Of a stretch of 64,000 bases of DNA, positions 19,578 to 28,195 are shown piece after piece. Numbering within the stretch: the stretch's first letter is position 1; each line of letters opens with the position of its first letter. Location of the stretch: positions 832,001 through 896,000 of the forward strand of contig CATQHZ020000001.1 in NCBI GenBank assembly GCA_958296135.2, written 5' to 3'. The DNA comes from an uncultured Poribacteria bacterium (GTDB lineage Bacteria; Poribacteria; WGA-4E; WGA-3G). Under the pieces are notes generated by a model that searched no databases, was not told the origin of the DNA, and worked only from the letters and a program-made list of their open reading frames with translations. Made by a program: the position numbers and the translations under genes.

Positions 19578-21030
19578 GGGTTCGACCGATCGCGAGGGTT
19601 CCCCTCGGCGAGTAGAAGGGGCGTTTTGGGAGGTCGAGAGATCGCGAGGGACAGTGGACATCTCTGCAGCGAGGCTGCAGAGATGACAACGTTTCGGCGT
19701 AACGGCCCTCGCGCTACGGTTAAAAGGTGCCTGTTTCGCGCGACGATTAAAAGGCGCTTAGTCCGTAGGGCGCGGTCCTGTGCTGCGCCGTGCATCGGTC
19801 TATCAAGAGGGATTGCGAGGAACAAGTTTTCCCGCGCGCGAGGGTGAAAAGGGGCCTTTCTTATCGGTCGAGAGATCGCGGCGGACAGTGGACATCTCTG
19901 CAGCGAGGCGGCAGAGATGACAAAGTTTCGGCGTGACGGCCCTCGCGCTACGGTGAAAAGGGGCCTGTTTCGCGCGACGATTAAAAGGCCCCTTAGTCCG
20001 TAGGGCGAGGGCCTGTCCCTCGCCATGCTGCGGTCTAGCGAGAGGGATTGCGAGGAACAAGTTTTCCCGCGCGCGAGGGTGAAAGGGGGCCTTTCTTATC
20101 GGTCGAGAGATCGCGGCGGACAGTGGACATCTCTGCAGCGAGGCGGCAGAGATGACAAAGTTTCGGCGTAACGGCCGCCGCGCTACGGTGAAAAGGGGCC
20201 TGTTTCGCGCGACGATTAAAAGGCCCTTAGTCCGTAGGGCGCGGTCCTGTGCCGCGCCATGCTTCGGTGAAAAGGCCCCTTAGTCCGTAGGGCGCGGTCC
20301 TGTGCTGCGCCGTGCATCGGTCTATCAAGAGGGATTGCGAGGAACAAGTTTTCCCGCGCGCGAGGGTGAAAGGGGGCCTTTCTTATCGGTCGAGAGATCG
20401 CGGCGGACAGTGGACATCTCTGCAGCGAGGCGGCAGAGATGACAAAGTTTCGGCGTAACGGCCCTCGCGCTACGGTGAAAAGGTGCCTGTTTTGCGCGAC
20501 GATTAAAAGGCCCTTAGTCCGTAGGGCGCGGTCCTGTGCTGCGCCATGCGTCGATCTGCAGAGGAGATGGCGGTAGTCCGGGATTTCGCGCGTTTTTTGT
20601 GTAGGTCGGTAGATCGCGAGGGACAGGCCCTCGCGCTACGGTGAAAAGGGGCCTGTTTCGCGCGACGGTGAAGAGGCCCCTTAGTCCGTAGGGCGAGGGC
20701 CTGTCCCTCGCCATGCTGCGGTCTAGCGAGAGGAATCGCGAGGAACAGGTCCTTGCGCGAGGGTGAAAAGGTGCCTTTCTTGTCGGTCGAGAGATCGCGA
20801 GGGACAGTGGACATCTCTGCAGCGGGACTGCAGAGATGACAAAGTTTCGGCGTAACGGCCCTCGCGCTACGGTGAAAGGGGCCGTTTAGCGGCGAACAGG
20901 CCCTCGCGCTACGGTGAAAAGGCCCTTAGTCCGTAGGGCGCGGTCCTGTGCTGCGCCATGCTGCGGTGAAAAGGGGGCTTTCTTGTCGCGCGAACGATCG
21001 CGAGGGACAGGCCCTCGCGCTACGGTTAAA
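19578..21030. repeat. Mosaic REP/BIME-like array (~1.45 kb)
   Basis: Alternating cgcgagggacaggccctcgcgctacgg and ccgtagggcgcggtcctgtgctgcgcc units; higher-order unit recurs at 19651, 19885, 20120, 20407, 20804. Confidence 0.9.
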
Positions 21031-21086
21031 GGGCCGTTTTGAATCGCAAAAAAATGATAGCATCTAAAAGAATACACATTTTTAAT

Positions 21087-21115
21087 TTGACAAGCGCGCA
21101 AAAATGTGGTATAAT
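21087..21115 (+). promoter_or_regulatory. Sigma70 promoter of LTD locus 1
   Basis: TTGACA-17 bp-TATAAT with extended -10 TG. Confidence 0.85.
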
Positions 21116-21171
21116 ATCTATGTCATTAATTAGGGGCATGAAAGTTAACGCCACGAAAAAGGAGCACGAAT

Positions 21172-21336
21172 GTGAACACTCAATTCCGCGCGGATCACCC
21201 GATTCGCCTGCAGATATCTGTGAAAGCGACGCTGAAGCCACCGCGGCTGCGCGCCGTATCCCCGTTTGCGTTTGCGCGTCCCGTTGACGATGCCCTAGAC
21301 CGGATCACCCCCCCCCCATTACTTTACGCTCGTTAA
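21172..21336 (+). CDS. Leader ORF with C10 tract (54 aa)
   Basis: AAGGAG RBS, GTG start, MNTQFRADHPIR...LRAV...FAR...TPPPLLYAR*; homologous to 51727-51897; below ORF-track cutoff. Confidence 0.65.
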   Translation: MNTQFRADHPIRLQISVKATLKPPRLRAVSPFAFARPVDDALDRITPPPLLYAR

Positions 21337-21569
21337 CCATCGATATACTCGGCAGGAAGGGGCTCCGGGGGGATATCCTTGCTCACAATTCCAATATGAA
21401 AAACCGCGCGCGGTGCACGCGCGCGACTCACATTGCTCCGTGGCAGCCGCTCACGTTCGCGTGGACGCGGCTGCCACGGGGCTCTTCGCGTTGCACCGTC
21501 GGCTGCAACGTCGAGGGCCACCAGCGTTGTTCCGGGGAAATTTCTGTCCCCACTAGGGATATAAAGGGG

Positions 21570-21609
21570 CAGGATAGCCGTGGGCATTCGCCCACGGTTA
21601 CCCTGTTTT
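21570..21609 (+). terminator. Terminator-like hairpin inside leader region
   Basis: CAGGATAGCCGTGGGC-attc-GCCCACGGTTACCCTG followed by TTTT. Confidence 0.5.
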
Positions 21610-21695
21610 CTCCGAGACTGCGACATCTGCTGCGCTCCACTGCAATCGGTGCGGCGGCAACGGTATTATCGGGACCCGAGGTCCCTCCTACTCTT

Positions 21696-21861
21696 CATGT
21701 TTCCGCCGCAATCGGTGTGGTGGAAACTCTAAGGCAAGTCGAGACCGGGAGGTCTCTCCTACATGTTTCCGCCGCAATCGGTGTGGTGGAAACTCTAAGG
21801 CAAGTCGAGACCGGGAGGTCTCTCCTACATGTTTCCGCCGCAATCGGTGGGGCGGAAACTC
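21696..21861. repeat. 66-bp tandem repeat, ~2.5 copies, containing a REP
   Basis: Units start at 21696, 21762, 21828; the two full units contain gagaccgggaggtctctcctac. Confidence 0.9.
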
Positions 21862-21908
21862 CCTATTCATTTTATTTCATTTCATTTTTCTAAGAGGAGA
21901 ATTTTCCT

Positions 21909-24900
21909 ATGAAAAGGCATTCCATTTTTTTCTTATGTTTGCTGCTCGTCGTCGGGATAGTTTCGATGCTCGGCATACCGATAGACGCACAAGCCGTAGA
22001 ATCAGTAGCTGGCATTAAAATCTACGTGAACCCAGAAACGGTGACCAGCTTCGCCGATGCGGGTTATCCAACCGGGGTGCAAACCGGGGTGTCACGTGTA
22101 CGGGGTCACCCGTGGGACAGGGGGCAGGATGGCTACGTGAAACTCGGTACGAGCCACGGCACGGTGAGCGGCGGTACCGAGATTACTGACTCCAACGACC
22201 ACGATAGCGCAAGCCCCGTCACGGCGGGTGTGGGGGATATCATCGCGATTGTGCTTCATCTACAGAATGTAAGCGTCTGGTACGCAACGTTAGACTTCCC
22301 TGGTTTTGATGCGGCCGGGTTGGCAGCACCAACGGATCTGACAAATAACGCAGACGGGATTAAACAGTCACCGGCTCCTAACGTCTTCTTGGAAGGCCCC
22401 GCTTGGTTCAATCCAGTACTTGCAAATGCTACCGCTGTCTACTATTATAAGGTGAAGGTTGGTGACGTTGATACCGACGGTGGGTGGCTTGATTCTTCAG
22501 CGACGGCTACCCCTTTTTCTAATAACCGATGGCCAGTGACAGGTCAAGCGGCGATCGCGTTCGACACTAGAAATGTCAAGTATCCCATAGTGGATGGCAG
22601 AGTCCCGCAAGTCACCGCTAACCCGTTCCGCGTGAGCAGTACGCCTCCCTCATCCCAAACTGGGGAGTCGCTCTATGCATGGAGCTACCAGAATTGTTAC
22701 CTCCCCTGGAGGGACATGGGCGCAGGTTATGCAGCCTTGGTGAGTTGCTATACCGTCGGACATCCCGTTGAATTGTCGTATCTGCTCGGGGATATCGAGA
22801 TCACGACGGGCCATCGGAGCGACCGGCAGACCTACGGTTTCTATAAAGCCGGCGATATCATCACAATCGAGATGGCCTTTACCGAACCGATACGAGTGCA
22901 GGATAGAAGCATCACATTGGAGTTCAAATGGGATGGAGATGTGCGTTACGCGCCGCTTGCTGACACTCAAGAAGGGACGGCTGCCGATCCCACGCCGACA
23001 GTGCTCACCTTTGCGTATGAAGTGCAGCCGGGCGACCGGACTTTTGGGGGCGGTCTGTTTATCAGGAAGCCCTTTGAGGGGAATGAGTCGGCGATCACAG
23101 ATGTTGCTGGGGACGCCTTTACTTATGAGGGCTCGGGTTATCCCGGGTTTTACCTCGCTGGTTGGGAGCAATCAACGGATGCTGTTCAGCCGACAGTGTG
23201 GATAGACAGGTCTGCAGGTGAAACGGGCACGGCGACGGCGGATTTTGATGTGGTATTCAGTTTCATTAATATCACCCCTTGGACCTATAATCGCGGCAAG
23301 GCGAACGAATCGACGCAGACAGAATATTTCCCGGATGAAGTGCCGGGGTTTTCAAGCGGTGACATCACTATCACGGATGCGTCTGGTGCCTCGTTGCAAA
23401 GTTATCTGGGCGAGGTGGAATTTCTCGGGTTAGCACATTTCAAAAGCGGGGACTACATCCGCTTTGCCATTCCGGCTCTAGCGGCCTATCGTGTCACCGT
23501 TGCGCCGCCGCTCGGTTTCGTCGGCGATGTCACTATCCAATTGCCGGCGGGTGCCACGCAGGACATTGCGGGCAACGGGAATCTGGCATCGCATACGTTA
23601 GTGGTGCCGGTGGACAACCCGTTGCGCGTGGTTGAAACGCCGGAGATTGTCAAGCCCGCAGCCGGTGTCCATGCCGCCGGGGATAAGATTGAAGTGTCGG
23701 TGACGTATGCCCGGGAGAATCTGCGGTATGAAGGGACGAACCCGCCGTATCTGGTGGTGTATGTGGGTGAACAGGTGTTAGCGAATGCGCGGCATGCTGT
23801 TTGGACAGCGGCGGCAGACACGAATTCGACGAAAGTGACGTTTGCGTATACGGTGGCAGCCACAGACCCGGTGGCAGAGACAGTGCGTGTTCCCTCTGTC
23901 AATATACTGGTGCCGTCAGGGACGACGTTGCTGTCTGGGCAACAGCGGCAGATAGGCACAGCGGCGCCAGCGGCGGCTTCTGGCACTGCGCCGCCCTCGG
24001 TGCCGGCAGCAGACCCGGCTCCGTTGGAAGATACGTCTGGGCGGGAGGTTTCGCCTGTCGTTCAGGAGACCCTGGTGTTGCCGGTTGTGCCGTTTTTCCT
24101 TGAGGAGACTTCGCCGAAGGCTGCTGCGTCTGCTGTGCCACGTTCGCCCATTGTTTTCAACGAGTTGGGCAATGGCAGCGGCGATGCAAACGACTGGCTG
24201 GAGCTCCGCAATGTCACGGGTTCGGAGGTATCCCTGAAAGACTATGAGCTTTCGGTTGTGGCCGATGGGGAAAAGGAAGATACATCGCTCGTCGTTTTCG
24301 CGGATGTGAGCGTGCCTGCGAATGGGCTCTTACTCATCACGAACAGTGCGCCGGATAAAACGCCGCTGGCAGGTGGTGAGCAGAAAGGGTTGTCGCATGC
24401 GTTTTTAGTGGATGATAAGCTATCCTTGCCGGATGATGGGCAGTTCCTGTTGATTCTGCGGAACGCGAAGGAGAAACTCGGTATGAACGCGGCATTTGTC
24501 GATGTCGCCGGTGGCGGTGGCAGTGACACGGATGCGTTCGTTCGCGAGCAGACGGGTGACTATGATACCTACGTGTGGCCGTTGCAAGTGCGTCAGGCAC
24601 CGGGTGGCGATACGGCATCGGCTCTCGGCTCTGGTAAGGTGTGGCAGCGCGCGAAGGCAGATATTGTGGGTTACCACAAAGATGCCTGGGCGGAAGCCGC
24701 CTTCACCGGTATCGGCTATGACAGGACTGTCTCGAAGTCTGCTGCGACGGGTGGCACGCCGGGGTATCCGAATGGTGCCGTGAAAACGGCAGCAGCTACG
24801 CCGAAGGGTAGTATCACCATCAGCGAAGTGATGTTCGATTCGGGTGGCGGCACACTGCCGCAATGGATAGAGCTCTACAACGCGTCGAAAACGGAGGCAC

Positions 24901-25802
24901 TGAATCTGAATCGGTGGAAACTAGAGTTCCAGAATGTGGATTCGGAAGATTTGGTAGGGCGGCCGATTGTGGCGTTGACGTTGCAGGAGAAGGTGATTCA
25001 GCCGAATCAGACGCTGCTCATCGTCGCGGGGCCTGCGCGTGCGTCATCAAGCACGGTGTTTCCTGCGGAGCGGGTCTACAACCTGTTGGATTTGCATCAG
25101 AGGAACCTGCGCATTAAGACTGCGCGGGATACGTTCCTGAGCGCGGAAGGGTTCTACCTGAAGCTTACCGATAGCAACGGTAACCTCGTAGACGAGGTTG
25201 GCAACACTGATGGTAATCGTCGGACGAAAGATGCGCCAGCGTGGGCGTTACCGGTGAGTGTTGAGGAAGGCGTTCGGAGTTCGCTGATTCGGCGTTACGA
25301 CAACGGCGTTGCACTGAAAGGGAAGGAGCGTGCGAGTTGGGCTCTGGCATCGAACCTCAAGCGACTCGCCGTGGAAGCCCTCCACTATGGGCATGCCGAG
25401 GACATCGGCACGCCGGGGTATCGCGCTGGCGGTGCGTTGCCGGTGGAGTTGTCAAGTTTCTCGGTGATGCAGAATGAAGCCGGCGCGGTTGTCTTAACAT
25501 GGACGACGGAGTCCGAAGTTGACAATGCTGGCTTCAACTTGCGCCGTAGTGAGAAACGCGACAGCGGTTTCACGCTGCTGAATGCTACGTTAATTGCGGG
25601 TGCTGGCACGACAGGTGAGCGTCAGACGTATACGTTTACAGATACGTCTGCGAAGCCGGGTGTTGAGTACTATTATCAGATCGAGGAAGTCGCGTTTGAT
25701 GGGCGGCCGGCGACGTTGGCGATGCGGATGTTGCGGGGGCCAGTCTCTGCGGCGAATCGGATGCTGACGACGTTCGGTGCTGTGAAGCAGCAGGCGAAAT
25801 AG
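21909..25802 (+). CDS. Large secreted lamin-tail-domain/Ig-like surface protein (1297 aa)
   Basis: Signal peptide; Ig-like units (DIAGNGN); two LTDs (IVFNE..DWLELRN; ITISEVMF..QWIELYN; GTPG); LPVELSSF domain; TTFGAVK tail; GAGGAG RBS. Confidence 0.88.
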   Translation: MKRHSIFFLCLLLVVGIVSMLGIPIDAQAVESVAGIKIYVNPETVTSFADAGYPTGVQTGVSRVRGHPWDRGQDGYVKLGTSHGTVSGGTEITDSNDHDSASPVTAGVGDIIAIVLHLQNVSVWYATLDFPGFDAAGLAAPTDLTNNADGIKQSPAPNVFLEGPAWFNPVLANATAVYYYKVKVGDVDTDGGWLDSSATATPFSNNRWPVTGQAAIAFDTRNVKYPIVDGRVPQVTANPFRVSSTPPSSQTGESLYAWSYQNCYLPWRDMGAGYAALVSCYTVGHPVELSYLLGDIEITTGHRSDRQTYGFYKAGDIITIEMAFTEPIRVQDRSITLEFKWDGDVRYAPLADTQEGTAADPTPTVLTFAYEVQPGDRTFGGGLFIRKPFEGNESAITDVAGDAFTYEGSGYPGFYLAGWEQSTDAVQPTVWIDRSAGETGTATADFDVVFSFINITPWTYNRGKANESTQTEYFPDEVPGFSSGDITITDASGASLQSYLGEVEFLGLAHFKSGDYIRFAIPALAAYRVTVAPPLGFVGDVTIQLPAGATQDIAGNGNLASHTLVVPVDNPLRVVETPEIVKPAAGVHAAGDKIEVSVTYARENLRYEGTNPPYLVVYVGEQVLANARHAVWTAAADTNSTKVTFAYTVAATDPVAETVRVPSVNILVPSGTTLLSGQQRQIGTAAPAAASGTAPPSVPAADPAPLEDTSGREVSPVVQETLVLPVVPFFLEETSPKAAASAVPRSPIVFNELGNGSGDANDWLELRNVTGSEVSLKDYELSVVADGEKEDTSLVVFADVSVPANGLLLITNSAPDKTPLAGGEQKGLSHAFLVDDKLSLPDDGQFLLILRNAKEKLGMNAAFVDVAGGGGSDTDAFVREQTGDYDTYVWPLQVRQAPGGDTASALGSGKVWQRAKADIVGYHKDAWAEAAFTGIGYDRTVSKSAATGGTPGYPNGAVKTAAATPKGSITISEVMFDSGGGTLPQWIELYNASKTEALNLNRWKLEFQNVDSEDLVGRPIVALTLQEKVIQPNQTLLIVAGPARASSSTVFPAERVYNLLDLHQRNLRIKTARDTFLSAEGFYLKLTDSNGNLVDEVGNTDGNRRTKDAPAWALPVSVEEGVRSSLIRRYDNGVALKGKERASWALASNLKRLAVEALHYGHAEDIGTPGYRAGGALPVELSSFSVMQNEAGAVVLTWTTESEVDNAGFNLRRSEKRDSGFTLLNATLIAGAGTTGERQTYTFTDTSAKPGVEYYYQIEEVAFDGRPATLAMRMLRGPVSAANRMLTTFGAVKQQAK

Positions 25803-25804
25803 AT

Positions 25805-26960
25805 GTAGGGCGGGGGTTGTCCCTCGCGATGTAGAAAACGGCCGTGGCTCTTCGGAGTTGCGGCTGTTTTCGTTTGGGTTGGGCGATCGCGAGGGATAGA
25901 CATTCGCGCGACGGTGAAAAGGCCCCTTCTACCGTAGGGCGCGGGCCTGTGCCGCGCCGTGCGATGGTAAAAAGGGCCCTTAGTCCGTAGGGCGCGGTCC
26001 TGTGCCGCGCCATGCATCGGTCAATCGAGAGAGATCGCGAGGGACAGTGGACATCTCTGCAGCGAGGCTGCAGAGATGACAAAGTTTCGGCGTGACGGCC
26101 CTCGCGCTACGGTGAAAAGGGCCCGTCAGTGAAAAGGCCCTTAGTCCGTAGGGCGCGGTCCTGTGCTGCGCCATGCATCGATCTGCAGAGAAGAGGCCCG
26201 AAGTCCTGGGGCTTCGGTTGTTTTTTCTGTCGGTCGGTAGATCGCGAGGGTAAAAAGGGGGCTTTCTTGTCGCGCGAACGATCGCGAGGGACAGGCCCTC
26301 GCGCTCCGGTGACTAAAAACGCTTCTTAAACCGTAGGGCGCGGTCCTGTGCCTCGCCATGCTTCGGTCTATCGAGAGGAATCGCGAGGGGCACCCTCGGC
26401 GATTCGCGCTCGCCGGGTTTTCCCTCGTGCTACGGTGAAAGGGGCGGGTTCGTGTGGATCGAACGATCGCGGCGGACAGGCCGCCGCGCTACGGTGAAAA
26501 GGGCCCGTCGGTAAAAAGGCGCTTAGTCCGTAGGGCGCGGTCCTGTGCTGCGCCGTGCTTCGGTCTGGGGAGGAGATGGCAGTGTCCCCGGGGTTTCGGT
26601 CGTTTTTTGTGTCGTTCGGTAGATCGCGAGGGTAAAAAGGGGGCTTTCTTGTCACGTGAACGATCGCGAGGGACAGGCCCTCGCGCTACGGTAAAAGGGG
26701 CCGTTTAGCGAGGGACAGGTCTTCCCGCTCGTGCTCCGGTGAAAGGGGCGGGTTCGTGTGGATCGAACGATCGCGAGGGACAGGCCCTCGCGCTACGGTG
26801 ACTAAAAACGCTTCTTAAACCGTAGGGCGCGGTCCTGTGCCGCGCCATGCTTCGGTCTATCGAGAGGAATCGCGAGGGGAACCCTCGGCGATTCGCGCTC
26901 GCCGGGCCCTCGCGCTACGGTTAAGAGGGGCCGCTTTCGCGCTACGGTGAAAGGGGCCTC
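25805..26960. repeat. Mosaic REP/BIME-like array (~1.15 kb)
   Basis: Same hairpin units as 19578-21030. Confidence 0.9.
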
Positions 26961-27994
26961 TTTCGGGCTGCGGTTTTCATAACGCCAATCCCCGGCCCGT
27001 TTGGCAAAACTAACTTGCCTTTCTCAACAGTCACACCCACATACCGGTCGTTTGCAATTAGCAAATTGCCATCCAGATCGGCGTAATCTACTAACGGTGC
27101 CAAATGCGCAGCGGCGGTGATACCGAGCGAACTCTCTATCATACAGCCAATCATCACGAGCAATCCGTGCGCGCGGGCGACATGAATCATCCGCAAAGCC
27201 TCAAGCAGCCCGCCACACTTCACGAGTTTGATGTTGATACCGTCAACGCATTCGGCAAGTGCGGGAATATCTGCGGCGCGTTTGACGCTCTCGTCGGCGA
27301 TAATGGGCAGCTCCGAATGGTCACGCACAAACTTGAGCCCCCGCAAATCGTAAGGGCTCGTAGGTTGCTCAATCAATTCAACGCCGTATGGGACGAGTTC
27401 TCGGATTTTGCGGACAGCCTCTTTCGGATGCCATGCGGTGTTCGCATCGACGTAGATGGGCTTATCCGTTACATCGCGTAGGGCTTGAATTATCTCCAGA
27501 TCTCGAGGGGTGCCGAGTTTCACTTTGAGGATGGGATATGCTTCGGCGCGTTGCGCCTTCTCTGCCATCATTTTCGGTTCATCGAGCCCAATGGTAAACG
27601 AGGTGTGCGGTGTTTTCTCTGGGTTCAGCCCCCAGAGTCGGTAGAGCGGTACGCCGAGTTTTTTACCGAGTCTGTCGTGCAGTGCCATGTCAATCGCGGA
27701 TTTCGCGGCGTAATTGCCGCCTAGCGTCGTTTCAATGTCAGCCATCACGTCCTGAATTGCGTCAAGTCTGTCGGTGGGCGTGTTTTGCAAGCGCGCTTCA
27801 ATGACCGGGGCGAGGATTTTCAATGCCTCTTCGACTGTCTGCACCGTTTCACCGTAAAACCGCGCGGGCGCGGCTTCACCGCTGCCGCTGTCTATTTCGA
27901 CGGAGATAACTTCCCGGTAGGCATCTGGCGCGCGGCGGGCGATTTTGAACGGATCGGTGAGTCGAAGTTGCGTCATTTTCAATGTGAGGTTCAT
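26942..27994 (-). CDS. Dipeptide (L-Ala-D/L-Glu) epimerase, enolase superfamily
   Basis: LKVKLG, VDAN, IEQP, IADES, NIKLVKCGG, GCMIES, DLDG; AGGAGG RBS. Confidence 0.92.
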   Translation of the reverse strand: MNLTLKMTQLRLTDPFKIARRAPDAYREVISVEIDSGSGEAAPARFYGETVQTVEEALKILAPVIEARLQNTPTDRLDAIQDVMADIETTLGGNYAAKSAIDMALHDRLGKKLGVPLYRLWGLNPEKTPHTSFTIGLDEPKMMAEKAQRAEAYPILKVKLGTPRDLEIIQALRDVTDKPIYVDANTAWHPKEAVRKIRELVPYGVELIEQPTSPYDLRGLKFVRDHSELPIIADESVKRAADIPALAECVDGINIKLVKCGGLLEALRMIHVARAHGLLVMIGCMIESSLGITAAAHLAPLVDYADLDGNLLIANDRYVGVTVEKGKLVLPNGPGIGVMKTAARKRPLSP

Positions 27995-28033
27995 GGCTAT
28001 TTTCCTCCTTTGCCGGTGGGAGAGTCCTCTCGG

Positions 28034-28195
28034 GCTTGATACCAAGATGTCGGGACTTGATGCCAAGATGTCGGGACCGGGAGGTCCCTCCTACTGGGAT
28101 TCAGGCGGTACCGGGAGGTCCCTCCTACTGAGATTCAGGCGGGACGATACCACACGCATCGAGACCGGGAGAACTCTCCTACAGGTCCCTCCTAG
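28034..28195. repeat. Short tandem repeats plus gg(g/a)accggga-type REP copies
   Basis: cttgat.ccaagatgtcggga twice; ccgg(g)aggtccctcctactg.gattcaggc twice. Confidence 0.7.

Noticed and set aside
19523-21101. Many ORFs within repeat arrays (also 25636-26708, 50721-51465, 55511-56329, 58564-59052)
   Set aside because: Translations of palindromic repeats on both strands; no RBS or protein-like content.
21121-21660. Known riboswitch or tRNA in the LTD leader
   Set aside because: No recognisable cobalamin, TPP, SAM, c-di-GMP or cloverleaf consensus by eye; an Rfam search is still needed.
21396-21893. Stand-alone 165-aa gene
   Set aside because: No clear RBS and partly repeat-derived; treated as the frameshifted extension of the poly-C leader.
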